Source of the DNA: an uncultured Bacteroidales bacterium
GTDB taxonomy: Bacteria; Bacteroidota; Bacteroidia; Bacteroidales; UBA932
Direction: 5' to 3'
Assembly (NCBI GenBank): GCA_946415475.1
Contig: CAMKSQ010000004.1
Span: forward strand, 898-64,897
DNA: 64,000 nt
Below are positions 44,377-54,357 of the stretch, in pieces. Under the pieces are notes generated by a model that ran no database searches, was not told the DNA's origin, and worked only from the letters and a program-made list of their open reading frames with translations. Each line of letters opens with the position of its first letter. The first letter of the stretch is position 1. The translations under genes and the position numbers were made by a program.

Positions 44377-45057
44377 ATGCTTATCGTATTGGAAGGCCTG
44401 GACGGGGCAGGGAAGTCCACGCAGGTCAAGAAACTGAAAGAATATCTGCAGCAGCGTTGCGGGGCATTGGAGTACATCCATTTCCCGCGCTACGATGCGC
44501 CTGTATATGGAGACCTCATCAGCCGTTTCCTCCGCGGAGACTTCGGCTCCAATGAAAGCGTGCACCCGCAGTTGGTGGCGCTGCTTTTTGCGGAAGACCG
44601 CCATGGCGCAGGCCCCGTTATCCGGAAGGCCCTGGAGGAGGGGAAAACCGTCCTTTTGGACCGCTATGTATATTCCAACATCGCCTATCAATGCGCCAAG
44701 CTCCAGGACCTGGATGAGCGTAAGCAACTCAGGGATTGGATTTTCCACACGGAATACGGAGATTTCCAGCTCCCGGTTCCGGACCTGAACCTCTTCCTGG
44801 ATGTCCCCATCAGCTTTGTGGAACAGAGCCTGTCCCAGCATCGCTCCGGCGAAGACCGGAACTACCTGGAGGGTGCCCAGGACATCCATGAGGCCTCCAT
44901 CGCCTTTCAGCAAAATGTCCGTTCGCTCTATCTGGAGCAAACCCAGATGGACAGCCATTTTTCCCGTATCGACTGTGCCGATGCAAACGGCGAGATGCTT
45001 CCCCCGGACGATATCTTCGCCAAAGTCCGTCTCATGATAGACCCTTATCTTCAATGA
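44377..45057 (+). CDS. tmk: dTMP (thymidylate) kinase
   Basis: MLIVLEGLDGAGKSTQ P-loop at the N-terminus. The ORF-track upstream start at 44344 was rejected. Confidence 0.9.
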   Translation: MLIVLEGLDGAGKSTQVKKLKEYLQQRCGALEYIHFPRYDAPVYGDLISRFLRGDFGSNESVHPQLVALLFAEDRHGAGPVIRKALEEGKTVLLDRYVYSNIAYQCAKLQDLDERKQLRDWIFHTEYGDFQLPVPDLNLFLDVPISFVEQSLSQHRSGEDRNYLEGAQDIHEASIAFQQNVRSLYLEQTQMDSHFSRIDCADANGEMLPPDDIFAKVRLMIDPYLQ

Positions 45058-46229
45058 ATACCTCGTATCAGCGTTTCCGTCGTTTTGCGGCCGTCCTGGT
45101 GGGCATCGTCTTCCTGGTATCGGGCCTCCTGAAAATGGTGGACCCGGTGGGGACCATGCTCATTCTGCAGGAGTATTTCCGTTTCTTCCAAGTGCCGGGG
45201 ATGATGCCTGCGGCCAAGGGCCTGGGTATCGCGCTGGCGGTGCTGGAGGCCGGTGTGGGCGTGTCGCTCATTACCGGTGTGCTGCGCAAGCTGGCGGCTA
45301 TTCTCACGTATATCCTGCTGGGCTTTTTCACCATCGTCACGTTTGTGCTGTGGGTGCTTAACCCTACCATGGACTGCGGCTGCTTTGGCGAGGCCGTCCA
45401 TCTGTCGCACGCGCAGAGTTTCTGGAAGAATGTCATTCTTCTTTTGCTCAGCGTCATCGCGTTCACGCCCTTCCATGACTTCGGCCGTCCCAAGAGAAAC
45501 CGTATCGTGGCGGCCGTTCTGGCGGGCCTGTCGATACTGTTCGTGGTCATTTACAGCAATCGACACCTTCCTATCCTGGATTTCACCGCCTTCGACTGGG
45601 GCGCGGAGCTGTATGCCTCCCTGGACGACGAAGTGGCCGCGGACAACCACTACAAGGCTGCGTACGTGTACCAGAAAGACGGAAAGGAGGGGATTTTCGA
45701 CCTTACCGCCCTGCCGGATACTACCTGGACTTTCGTTCGGGTAGACACCGTATTCCGCAAAACCACGGCTGTCTCGGAGGACTATCCCATCCTGAGCTTC
45801 TCAGATGCCGACGGTATCTATCACGACCGCATGGCGGCCGAAGGAAACGTGGTGGTATTCTCGGTTTACGATCCTGTCACCGCTCCCTGGGGGTGCGTAC
45901 GGGAACAGTACTTCGCCGTGCTGGAGGCCGGCGGAACGCCGCTGGTGCTGGTATCGGCCGTTCCCGGAGATGTCCGTCTCCCTCAGGACCTTCCGCTGTA
46001 TTACGCAGACTATAAGACGCTTATTACCTTAAACCGCTCCAATGGCGGCGGCTCCTATTTCAATGCCGGGGAACTGGTGAACAAATGGGACGTGCGCCAC
46101 ATGCCGGAGAACCTGCAGGCAGACTTCTCCGCAGACCCGGTGGACCTTTCCACCCACTACATCATCCGCCGTCGCTTACGCACACAGGGCTTTTGCGTTT
46201 ATCTGGCGGCATTGCTGCTGCTGATATAA
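45054..46229 (+). CDS. MauE/DoxX-family membrane protein with C-terminal soluble domain
   Basis: 391-aa ORF whose N-terminal 4-TM region contains the MDCGCFGE motif typical of MauE-like proteins. ATGA overlap with tmk. Confidence 0.7.
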   Translation: MNTSYQRFRRFAAVLVGIVFLVSGLLKMVDPVGTMLILQEYFRFFQVPGMMPAAKGLGIALAVLEAGVGVSLITGVLRKLAAILTYILLGFFTIVTFVLWVLNPTMDCGCFGEAVHLSHAQSFWKNVILLLLSVIAFTPFHDFGRPKRNRIVAAVLAGLSILFVVIYSNRHLPILDFTAFDWGAELYASLDDEVAADNHYKAAYVYQKDGKEGIFDLTALPDTTWTFVRVDTVFRKTTAVSEDYPILSFSDADGIYHDRMAAEGNVVVFSVYDPVTAPWGCVREQYFAVLEAGGTPLVLVSAVPGDVRLPQDLPLYYADYKTLITLNRSNGGGSYFNAGELVNKWDVRHMPENLQADFSADPVDLSTHYIIRRRLRTQGFCVYLAALLLLI

Positions 46230-46270
46230 CTGCAAAAGCCCTGTAAAAGGTGCTTTGACAAGCGCAGTCT

Positions 46271-49003
46271 TTACAGGCTGCGCTTGATTTCTACAATCTG
46301 GAAAGCTTCGATGATGTCCCCGGGGTGGATGTCGTTGTAACGCTCCAGTCCGCAGCCGCATTCCATGCCGGAAGGTACTTCCTTCACCTGGTCCTTGCCC
46401 CTCTGGAGAGAGGAAAGTGCACCGGTGTAAACCACGATGCCGTCGCGGATGAGGCGTACATCGGCCTTGTTGGTGAGTTTGCCTTCCTTCACCAGACAAC
46501 CGGCGATGGTGCCCACCTTGGAGATCTTGAAGGTCTGCTTCACCTCTGCGGTGGCGGTAACCTCTTCCTTCTTCTCGGGCTCCAACATACCCTCGATACC
46601 TTCCTTGACTTCGTTGATACAGTCGTAGATAACGGAGTACAGGCGGATTTCGATGCCTTCCTTCTCAGCGGCACGGCGTGCCTCGGCGGAAGGACGCACC
46701 TGGAAGCCGATGATCACGGCGTCGGAGGCTTCTGCCAGCAGGACGTCGGACTCGCTGATGGCACCCACGGCCTTGTGGATAACGTTCACGCGCACTTCCT
46801 CGGTGGAAAGTTTGATGAGGGAATCCGACAGGGCTTCCACGGAACCGTCCACGTCACCTTTCACGATTACGTTGAGTTCCTTGAAGTTGCCGATGGCGAT
46901 ACGGCGGCCAATCTCTTCCAGGGTCAGGTGCTTCTGCGTCTTGATGCCCTGGATACGGATGAGCTGCTCACGCTTCTGGGCGATGGACTTGGCCTCTTTT
47001 TCATCGGCCATGATGTTGAACTTTTCACCGGCGGCGGGAGCTCCGTTCAGGCCCAGCAGGGAAACCGGCGTGGAAGGACCGGCGCTTTCCACCTTTTGTC
47101 CACGCTCGTTGAACATGGCTTTTACGCGGCCGTAGTAGGCACCGGAAATAATGACGTCGCCCACGTTCACCGTACCGTCCTGCACCAGGACCGTGGCCAG
47201 ATAACCGCGGCCTTTGTCCAGAGAGCTTTCGATCACGGCGCCGCTGCCCAGTTTGTTGGGGTTGGCTTTCAGTTCCAGGAGGTCGGTCTCAAAGAGCACT
47301 TTCTCCAGGAGCTTGTCCACGTTGAGGCCCTTCTTGGCGGAGATTTCCTGGCACTGGTACTTACCGCCCCAGTCTTCCACCAGGATGTTCATTTCCGACA
47401 GCTGACGGCGGATGGTATCCGGGTTGGCGCCCGGTTTATCGATCTTGTTGATGGCGAAGACCATGGGTACGCCGGCTGCCTGGGCATGGGCGATGGCTTC
47501 CTTGGTCTGGGGCATCACGGCGTCGTCCGCCGCTACGATGATGATGGCCAGGTCCGTCATCTGGGCACCACGGGCACGCATGGCCGTAAAGGCTTCGTGA
47601 CCAGGGGTATCCAGGAAGGTGATGCGGCGGCCGCTCTCCAGCTTCACGCTATAAGCGCCAATGTGCTGGGTAATACCACCGGCCTCACCGGCAATCACGT
47701 TGGAGTTGCGGATGTTGTCCAGCAGGGAAGTCTTACCATGGTCGACGTGACCCATCACGGTAATCACCGGCGGGCGTTCCACCAGGTCTTCCTCGCGGTC
47801 GGGTTCCTGCTGCTGCACTTCCTCGGTGAGTTCTGCGGTGACGAATTCCACCTTGTAACCGAATTCCTCGGCCACCAGCACCAGGGTTTCTGCATCCAGA
47901 CGCTGGTTGATGGATACCATCATGCCCAGGGACATGCAGGCGCCGATCACTTTCACCACCGGGGTGTTGTTCATCAGGGTGGCCAGGTCGTTCACCGTTA
48001 CGAACTCGGTGACCCGCAGGATTTTGTTCTCTGCAGCGGCGGCTTCCATCTCCTCCTGCGAACGGATGGCGGCAATCTCGCGCTTCTCCTTGCGGTGCTT
48101 GGCGCCGGTATTGCTCTTGCTCTCGTTCATGCGGGCATAGGTTTCCTTCACCTGCTTCTGGATTTCCTTCTGCAGTTCTTCCTGCTCGGCCTCCGTCATG
48201 GCGGGTTTGAAGCGTTCGCCCTTCTTGGTGGGCTTGGCTTTCTTGTTGTCCTCTTTCTTCTTGGGGGCTTTTTCGGCCTGTACCTTGGTAACGTCTACCT
48301 TCTGGGAGCCGCTGCTCTTGATGCGCTCGCGCTTTTTGGCGCGCTTGGGGTCGAACTGGGACAGGTCGATTTTGCCCAGCACCTTGAAGGGTGCTGCGCC
48401 TTCCTGGGCGGCAGGGGTTTCCGCGGGGGTCGGGGCGGATTCCGGCTCTGCTACGGGCTCAGGTTCTGCGACCGGTTCGGGTTCCTCAACTGTCATCTCG
48501 AGCGGAGCCGAAGGCGTAGTCGAGAGATCTCCTTGGGCAGGAGATACACTCGCTTCGCTCGGTATGACAACTTCCGGCTCTGCTGCGGGTTCCGGTTCCA
48601 CAATCGGCTCCGGCTCTACAACCGGCTCGGGTTCCGGTTCCACTACCAGTTCCGGCTCCGGCTCTGCCACGGGCTCGGGTTCCGGTTCCGCCACGGTGCG
48701 GGACAGATTGTTGTTCTTGATAACGGTTACCCGCTCGGGCTCGAACTCGTCTTCTTCGTCTTCCTGTTTCTTGGATGCCTTGTCCAGGATTTCGGTGAGC
48801 TTCACGTCCACCTTCTCGGCCTGTTCCTTCAGCTCCAGGTCTTTACCGAACTTCTTGTGCAGCTCCGGCATGTATTCGTCGGAGATTTTCAGGTTCGGAT
48901 TGGCGTCTTCGATGCCGGCGCCTTTGGAGTTGAGGAACTCCACCAGGGTGTCCAGCCCGATGTTGAATTGTTTAATAAGCTTCGATAATCTGATTTCTGC
49001 CAT
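46271..49003 (-). CDS. infB: translation initiation factor IF-2
   Basis: 910-aa ORF with G domain [25 protein letters not shown] and NKID, and a conserved C-terminus. Confidence 0.97.
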   Translation of the reverse strand: MAEIRLSKLIKQFNIGLDTLVEFLNSKGAGIEDANPNLKISDEYMPELHKKFGKDLELKEQAEKVDVKLTEILDKASKKQEDEEDEFEPERVTVIKNNNLSRTVAEPEPEPVAEPEPELVVEPEPEPVVEPEPIVEPEPAAEPEVVIPSEASVSPAQGDLSTTPSAPLEMTVEEPEPVAEPEPVAEPESAPTPAETPAAQEGAAPFKVLGKIDLSQFDPKRAKKRERIKSSGSQKVDVTKVQAEKAPKKKEDNKKAKPTKKGERFKPAMTEAEQEELQKEIQKQVKETYARMNESKSNTGAKHRKEKREIAAIRSQEEMEAAAAENKILRVTEFVTVNDLATLMNNTPVVKVIGACMSLGMMVSINQRLDAETLVLVAEEFGYKVEFVTAELTEEVQQQEPDREEDLVERPPVITVMGHVDHGKTSLLDNIRNSNVIAGEAGGITQHIGAYSVKLESGRRITFLDTPGHEAFTAMRARGAQMTDLAIIIVAADDAVMPQTKEAIAHAQAAGVPMVFAINKIDKPGANPDTIRRQLSEMNILVEDWGGKYQCQEISAKKGLNVDKLLEKVLFETDLLELKANPNKLGSGAVIESSLDKGRGYLATVLVQDGTVNVGDVIISGAYYGRVKAMFNERGQKVESAGPSTPVSLLGLNGAPAAGEKFNIMADEKEAKSIAQKREQLIRIQGIKTQKHLTLEEIGRRIAIGNFKELNVIVKGDVDGSVEALSDSLIKLSTEEVRVNVIHKAVGAISESDVLLAEASDAVIIGFQVRPSAEARRAAEKEGIEIRLYSVIYDCINEVKEGIEGMLEPEKKEEVTATAEVKQTFKISKVGTIAGCLVKEGKLTNKADVRLIRDGIVVYTGALSSLQRGKDQVKEVPSGMECGCGLERYNDIHPGDIIEAFQIVEIKRSL
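48434..48694 (-). repeat. coding tandem repeats (EPEPxx) in the IF-2 N-terminal linker
   Basis: [40 protein letters not shown] ... [16 protein letters not shown], with the corresponding GGYTCNGG nucleotide periodicity. Confidence 0.8.
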
Positions 49004-49026
49004 ATATAACCCCCTATATTTCTAAA

Positions 49027-50295
49027 TTAGTCTTCAAATTCCTCGTGCAGGATGCGGAGCACTTCTTCCACGGTCTCGTCTTCCAGATCGGCCCGGGAGG
49101 CGATATCGGCCGGAGCCAGTGCCATGACGCTGCGGGCGGTGTCGCAACCGATGCTCTGCAGGCGCTCGATCACCCAAGGATCGATTACGTCCGTGAATTC
49201 GCTCAGCAGCACGTCGTCTTCCTCCTCCTCGTTCTGCGGCAGTTCGCGCCAGACCTCGATCTCGCGGCCCACCAGCATGCCGGCCAGCTTGATGTTCACG
49301 CCGCCCTTGCCGATACCTTTCTTCACCTCGTCCGCCTGCATGTATACCTTAATCTTTTCTTCGGGGCTGCTGCCCAGGTCGATGCGGGAGATACGGGCCG
49401 GGTTCAGGGCACGCTGGATCATCAGCTGCGGGTTGGTGCTCCACTGGATCACGTCGATGTTCTCGTTGCGCAGCTCGCGCACGATACCCATGATGCGGGA
49501 ACCCTTCACGCCGATGCAGGCTCCGATCGGGTCGATACGGTCGTCATAGGACTCCACGGCCACCTTGGCACGCTCGCCGGGGATGCGGACCACCTTCTTC
49601 ACGGTGATGAGGCCATCGTAGATTTCCGGAACCTCCATCTCGAAGAGTTTCTCCAGGAAGCTGTCGGTGGTGCGGGAAAGGACGATGTACGGCGTGGTGT
49701 TGTTCTTCATCTCCACGCTCTTGATGATGGCGCGCACGGAGTCGCTCTTCTTGAAGCGCTCGCCGGGGATCTGCTCGCTCTTGGGCATACGGAGTTCGTT
49801 GCCTTCCTCGTCCAGGATGAGGACCTCGTTCTTCCAGGTCTGGTATACCTCGCCGGTGAAGATTTCACCTACGCGCTCGGAGTACTTCTTGAACACGTTG
49901 GCTTTCTCGATGTCCATGATACGGCCCTGCAGGTTCTGACGGATGTTCAGGATACCGCGGCGGCCGAAGGAAGCCAGGGAGAGTTTGCGGGTGAAGGTGT
50001 CGCCAATCTCGTAGTCGTCGTCGCCGGTCTCTGCGGCAATCTCCTCTACGGTGATCTGGGTCACAGGGTCTTCCACCTCTTCCACTACCTCAAAGTTCTG
50101 GTAAATCTCGCAGTCGCCTTTGTCCACGTTGATAATGACGTCAAAGTTGTCTGCGCTGCCGTAGGTTTTGGCCAGCTGGGTGAGGAATACATCCTTGAGT
50201 ACACCGAGCATCACCGGACGGTCAATGCTCTTTTCTTCCTTGAAGTCCTTGAAGGCATCAATCAAGGTTACTTCTTTCTCTTTTTCTTTTGCCAT
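49027..50295 (-). CDS. nusA: transcription termination/antitermination factor NusA
   Basis: 422-aa ORF with S1 and KH domains (GERAKVAV, IGACIGVKGSRI, GKGGVNIKLA). Confidence 0.96.
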   Translation of the reverse strand: MAKEKEKEVTLIDAFKDFKEEKSIDRPVMLGVLKDVFLTQLAKTYGSADNFDVIINVDKGDCEIYQNFEVVEEVEDPVTQITVEEIAAETGDDDYEIGDTFTRKLSLASFGRRGILNIRQNLQGRIMDIEKANVFKKYSERVGEIFTGEVYQTWKNEVLILDEEGNELRMPKSEQIPGERFKKSDSVRAIIKSVEMKNNTTPYIVLSRTTDSFLEKLFEMEVPEIYDGLITVKKVVRIPGERAKVAVESYDDRIDPIGACIGVKGSRIMGIVRELRNENIDVIQWSTNPQLMIQRALNPARISRIDLGSSPEEKIKVYMQADEVKKGIGKGGVNIKLAGMLVGREIEVWRELPQNEEEEDDVLLSEFTDVIDPWVIERLQSIGCDTARSVMALAPADIASRADLEDETVEEVLRILHEEFED

Positions 50296-50316
50296 TGGTT
50301 ATATTATATTGTTTTT

Positions 50317-50361
50317 TGTCATACCGAATTGTCATACCGAGGCCCGGAGGGCCGAGTGTAT
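50317..50361 (-). repeat. GTCAT-prefixed mini-hairpin with duplicated TGTCATACCGA, in the rimP-nusA spacer
   Basis: TGTCATACCGA occurs at 50317-50327 and 50330-40. The hairpin is ATAC-CGAG-GCCC-gga-GGGC-CGAGT-GTAT (50334-50361). Confidence 0.7.
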
Positions 50362-50362
50362 C

Positions 50363-50836
50363 TTATTTAAACTCTATATACGGTGTAACAGAGTTGATCT
50401 CGGAGAGCGGGCATACATCCGTGTGCTCCACCTTCTCCTTCTTCTTTTTCCCCTCGACGGCCTCCAGGGCGGTATAGCGGAGCGTGACGCTGTCCTCGGC
50501 GGCATCTTCCAGGGTGGCTACCAGGCGTTTGCCGCCTTTGAACTTTACGTCCACCTGGGTGCCTTTGGCCTTGAGGAACTGTTTGAACACCTTGAACGGG
50601 CGGTCCAGTCCGGCCGATGACACCGTAAGGGCGTAGTCTTCATCGTCCTGATTGAATGCGGCGTGCATCACCTGGTCGATGGCGGCGCAGTCTTCCCAGT
50701 CCACGACCCCTTCTTCTTTTTCGATAACGATCTCGATGTCGTTCTCTGCGCTTACGCTCACTTCCACCAGGAAGCAGCCCCGCTGCTCCACTGCCGGCGT
50801 CACCGCCTGTATGATTTGTTCTTTGTTCATAATCAT
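50363..50836 (-). CDS. rimP: ribosome maturation factor RimP
   Basis: 157-aa ORF immediately upstream of nusA-infB. Contains RGCFLVEV...LTVSSAGLDRPFK. Confidence 0.9.
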   Translation of the reverse strand: MIMNKEQIIQAVTPAVEQRGCFLVEVSVSAENDIEIVIEKEEGVVDWEDCAAIDQVMHAAFNQDDEDYALTVSSAGLDRPFKVFKQFLKAKGTQVDVKFKGGKRLVATLEDAAEDSVTLRYTALEAVEGKKKKEKVEHTDVCPLSEINSVTPYIEFK

Positions 50837-50881
50837 TAAAAAAAGATAGGGGACCGTCGTCCTCTATCTCGTTCACGGGTG

Positions 50882-50889
50882 CAAATATA
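50882..50889 (-). promoter_or_regulatory. -7 box (TATATTTG) of the rimP-nusA-infB operon
   Basis: Sense TATATTTG lies ~45 nt upstream of the rimP ATG. Confidence 0.55.
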
Positions 50890-50915
50890 GGAATTATATT
50901 CCTAAATACCAAATT

Positions 50916-51569
50916 TTACAGGCGTTTGAGCCACAAGATGCTGTCCGGTCCTTCATTGAAAAGCAGGTCCAGCGCGCTCAGCCGCGGGGTGAATCCGCCC
51001 ATGCGGTCCTGAAACACCTGATAATAAGGCTTTCCCAGCCCCAGGTCGGCCAGTATGTTGTCCGGATGCTTGGGATGGATGACGTTCCGGTAATCGTCCA
51101 GCTCGCTGCCGGGTGCGGCAAACGCGGAAGTGGGGGAGAGGGTGCAGGCAATGCCCGTCTTCTCCAGCAGGAGGCGGATGGTGGCCAGGTTCAGTTCCCA
51201 GAGCGTCTCCGGCCGGGCATCCAGGACGGCAAAGACATCGTCCCGATAATACTCATAATAAGCCGCCGTCTCATAGGCCGTATCCAGCGCCCTCTGCGTC
51301 CGCACCACCCAGGGCGTGGAATAATCCACCAGAACGTTTTGAATGTTTAAGGGCACCTCTCCCTTTCCATGTTTCACCGGTACCTGGAGCATCTGGGGGC
51401 CGTCGCCGGCCAAGATGTAGCACCGGTTGCGATAACTCTGCTTCTGGTAGTTCTCGCAGGCTTCCAGCTGCACTACAGAAGGCAAAACCCTGTCCGGGGA
51501 CAGGGCGAAATCGCGGGCCGCAAGCGCCAACCAGCTCAGCGGCGGAAAATATGCGCTGGAAAGCAGCAC
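50916..51569 (-). CDS. WbqC-family protein
   Basis: 217-aa ORF with LLSSAYFPPLSW...ENYQKQSYRNRC, typical of the WbqC-like family. GTG start overlaps the lpxA stop. Confidence 0.75.
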   Translation of the reverse strand: MLLSSAYFPPLSWLALAARDFALSPDRVLPSVVQLEACENYQKQSYRNRCYILAGDGPQMLQVPVKHGKGEVPLNIQNVLVDYSTPWVVRTQRALDTAYETAAYYEYYRDDVFAVLDARPETLWELNLATIRLLLEKTGIACTLSPTSAFAAPGSELDDYRNVIHPKHPDNILADLGLGKPYYQVFQDRMGGFTPRLSALDLLFNEGPDSILWLKRL

Positions 51570-52366
51570 TAGCGGGTAGGACGCGGTTTGGGAATGAGTC
51601 CGCGGGTCGAGTTTTTGATGAAGCGGAGGATGGTGTCCCGCTGCTCAGTGGGAGGGAAGTTGGCCTCGATGTACTCTGCAGCCTGACTTACGTTCATGCC
51701 CTTGAAATACAGCGTCTCGTAGATGTCTTTGATCTCGTTCACCTGCTCCTCCGTGAAGCCGCGACGCAGCAGGCCTACGCGGTTAACACCCTCGAACACA
51801 ACCGGTTCGCGGCCAGCCAGTACGTACGGCGGAACATCTTTGGAGAGTCTTGAGTAGGCTCCTAAGAATGCATGGGCGCCTATCTTGGTGAACTGGTGGG
51901 AACCGGACTTGCCGCCCATCACGCCCCAGTCGTGCACTTCCGTTTCACCGGCCAGGCCGGCATAGCTCACGATGATGCAGTGATTGCCAATCTGGCAGTC
52001 GTGCGCGATGTGCGCGTAAGACATAATCAAGGTGTCGCTGCCGATGCGGGTTACGCCTTTTCCGCTGGCTTTGGTACCGCGGTTGATGGTGGCACATTCA
52101 CGGATATTCACGCGGTCACCGATCTCCACCCAGGATTCTTCTCCCTCGAATTTGAGGTCCTGCGGAATGGCACCTACCACGGCTCCGGGGAACACGGTGC
52201 ACTTGGAGCCCATTTTAACATGGTTGAGGATGGTGGCTCCGTTCATGATGTGGCAGCCGTCGCCAATGACGGTGCCGGCATCGACATATGCGAAAGGTCC
52301 AATCTCTACGTTGTCCCCCAGCTGGGCTGCCGGGTCCACATGTGCCATGGGATGGATTTTGTTCAT
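51569..52366 (-). CDS. lpxA: acyl-ACP--UDP-N-acetylglucosamine O-acyltransferase
   Basis: 265-aa ORF with left-handed beta-helix hexapeptide repeats and an LpxA C-terminal helical domain. Confidence 0.93.
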   Translation of the reverse strand: MNKIHPMAHVDPAAQLGDNVEIGPFAYVDAGTVIGDGCHIMNGATILNHVKMGSKCTVFPGAVVGAIPQDLKFEGEESWVEIGDRVNIRECATINRGTKASGKGVTRIGSDTLIMSYAHIAHDCQIGNHCIIVSYAGLAGETEVHDWGVMGGKSGSHQFTKIGAHAFLGAYSRLSKDVPPYVLAGREPVVFEGVNRVGLLRRGFTEEQVNEIKDIYETLYFKGMNVSQAAEYIEANFPPTEQRDTILRFIKNSTRGLIPKPRPTR

Positions 52367-52373
52367 AACTCTT

Positions 52374-53285
52374 CTATTTAAGCAGGGCCCGGAGGGCTTT
52401 TGCTGCCTTGGTGTTGATGGAATGGCCCGGTTTGTAGGCCGTAATGCGGGCGTTGAGGTAACCGCCTGCCAGCCGCAGGTCTCCCATGAGGTCCAGCAGC
52501 TTGTGACGGCCGCATTCGTCCGGGAAGTGCAGCTCCAGGTTGTTCAGGTAGCCTTCGTCGGTGATTTTGATGCCCGGCAGGTTGAACAGGTTGGAAATAC
52601 TGCTCAGCTGTTCTTCGTTTACCGGATGCTCTACAATGACGATGGCGTTGTCCACGTCGCCGCCCTTGATGAGGTTGTTGCGGAACAGGTATTCAATCTC
52701 GTGGAAGAACACGAACGTGCGGCATACGCCAATCTCATGGGCATAGTCCGTGTGCTCGTCCCAGTGGGCGCTCTGGATGCCCAGGATTTTGGAGTCGAAG
52801 TCTACGGTGATGTCTGCGCTGGGGGCGGCGGAAGGCTCTATGCGAACCCAGGAACCGGAACGGTCGTCGCGGATTTCCAGCGACTGCGGAATGTCGATGT
52901 ATTTGCGGGGAACACCCTGATCCTCAAGGCCATCCTTAAGAATGGCGTCGATGTATGGCTTGGCGCTGCCATCCAGAATGGGGACCTCGATGTTGTCCAG
53001 CTCAATAAAAGCATTGTCGATTCCCAGGCCGGTGAGGGCGCTCATGACATGCTCGATGGTGACCACCAAAGTTTCTTTGCGGGAAATGGTGGTGCTGCGC
53101 GCCGTATTGCTCACATTCTCCGCCAAAGCCTCGATGACGGGCTTGCTGCGGAGGTCTGTCCGGCGGAAATTGATGCCGGAATCGACCGGTGCGGGCATAA
53201 TCTTCATGTGGGCGTAAGTACCTGTGTGTAAGCCTTTTCCCTGGAAATAATATGCCTTTTTGATTGTATGCTGATTGCTATGCAT
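52374..53285 (-). CDS. lpxC: UDP-3-O-acyl-N-acetylglucosamine deacetylase (stand-alone, no FabZ domain)
   Basis: 303 aa from ATG 53285 (MHSNQHTIKK...GKGLHTG). TIEHVMSAL, FFHEIE and HKLLDLMGDL motifs are present. The stop at 52374 lies 8 nt upstream of the lpxA start. Confidence 0.92.
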   Translation of the reverse strand: MHSNQHTIKKAYYFQGKGLHTGTYAHMKIMPAPVDSGINFRRTDLRSKPVIEALAENVSNTARSTTISRKETLVVTIEHVMSALTGLGIDNAFIELDNIEVPILDGSAKPYIDAILKDGLEDQGVPRKYIDIPQSLEIRDDRSGSWVRIEPSAAPSADITVDFDSKILGIQSAHWDEHTDYAHEIGVCRTFVFFHEIEYLFRNNLIKGGDVDNAIVIVEHPVNEEQLSSISNLFNLPGIKITDEGYLNNLELHFPDECGRHKLLDLMGDLRLAGGYLNARITAYKPGHSINTKAAKALRALLK

Positions 53286-53320
53286 GCAAAACTTATCTCT
53301 GTAACACGTGTAAAAGTGCA

Positions 53321-53328
53321 CAAAGATA
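53321..53328 (-). promoter_or_regulatory. -7 box (TATCTTTG) internal promoter before lpxC
   Basis: Sense TATCTTTG lies 35 nt upstream of ATG 53285. Confidence 0.5.
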
Positions 53329-53363
53329 AGTAAATTCTGCGGAATACCCAAATGGGTAATTTT

Positions 53364-54353
53364 TTAGCTCTCCGCCGCGCGCTTGAAAAGGGCGTAGGCT
53401 TTCATGAAGGTTCGGGCCGAAATGGCAGGGGAGCCCAGCAGGACCTGACCCTCTTCCTTGATGTTGCCGATAACGCCGCCCTGCGCCATGATGGTGGTAT
53501 GGTCGGCAATCTTCACGTGGCCGGCAATGCCCACCTGGCCACCGAAGATGCAGTATTTTCCCACCTCGGTGGAACCGGCGATGCCCGTCTGCGCCGCCAT
53601 GGCGGTATGGTCGCCGATTACCACGTTGTGCGCAATCATGCACAGGTTGTCGATGCGGACGCCGTTGCCGATGATGGTGGACTCCATCTGCGCGCGGTCC
53701 ACGGTGCTGTTGGCACCAATTTCCACATCGTTGCCGATGACCACGTTCCCCAGGTGCTCAATCTTTTCCCAACTGCCGTCCGGACGCGGAGCGTTGCCAA
53801 AACCATCGGCCCCGATCACCACACCGCTGTGCAGAATGACGTTGTCGCCGATCACCATGCCCGGGTAAATGCGTACGCCGGGATAAAAGATGCAATTCTT
53901 GCCGATGGTGCAGTTCTCGCCTATGTACACCTGCTCGTGGATGATGGTATTGTCACCCACGGAGGTGTGGCGTCCCACATAGGAGAAGGCGCCCAGATAA
54001 ACGCGCTTCCCAAAGTGGGTGCTCAGGAACCAGCGTGCCCGGAGGCTGCGGTGGCACTTGGCCTTCTTCTTTTTGTCGGCCACGTACTTCAGGAGGTCGG
54101 CAATGGCGGAATAGGCATTCTCCACGCGCACCAGGGTGGGGGTTACCGGCTCCTTGGGCTCAAAGTCTTTATTGACGATGAGGATGGAAGCCTTGCTGGT
54201 ATAGACAAAGGGCTCGTACTTGGGATTGGCAAAGAAGCTGAGCGTGCCCGGCTTGCCATGTTCGATCTTGGCGAACTTGGTGGCGGTGGCGTTCTCGTCT
54301 CCTTCAACCGTTCCTTTCAGTAACTGAGCTAAAGATTTGGCAGTAAATTCCAT
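53364..54353 (-). CDS. lpxD: UDP-3-O-(3-hydroxyacyl)glucosamine N-acyltransferase
   Basis: N-terminal LpxD domain plus hexapeptide repeats. ATG 54353 (MEFTAKSL) is preferred because ATG 54362 lies inside the hairpin repeat. Confidence 0.93.
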   Translation of the reverse strand: MEFTAKSLAQLLKGTVEGDENATATKFAKIEHGKPGTLSFFANPKYEPFVYTSKASILIVNKDFEPKEPVTPTLVRVENAYSAIADLLKYVADKKKKAKCHRSLRARWFLSTHFGKRVYLGAFSYVGRHTSVGDNTIIHEQVYIGENCTIGKNCIFYPGVRIYPGMVIGDNVILHSGVVIGADGFGNAPRPDGSWEKIEHLGNVVIGNDVEIGANSTVDRAQMESTIIGNGVRIDNLCMIAHNVVIGDHTAMAAQTGIAGSTEVGKYCIFGGQVGIAGHVKIADHTTIMAQGGVIGNIKEEGQVLLGSPAISARTFMKAYALFKRAAES

Positions 54354-54357
54354 AGCT

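Noticed and set aside
50889-50903. Palindrome AGGAAT-TAT-ATTCCT abutting the rimP -7 box, considered as a possible operator. A similar 8-bp inverted repeat ACTTATCT/AGATAAGT lies around the lpxC -7 box (53291-53331).
   Set aside because: The arms are only 6-8 bp in AT-rich promoter DNA, with no second occurrence in the window. The evidence is too weak to call.
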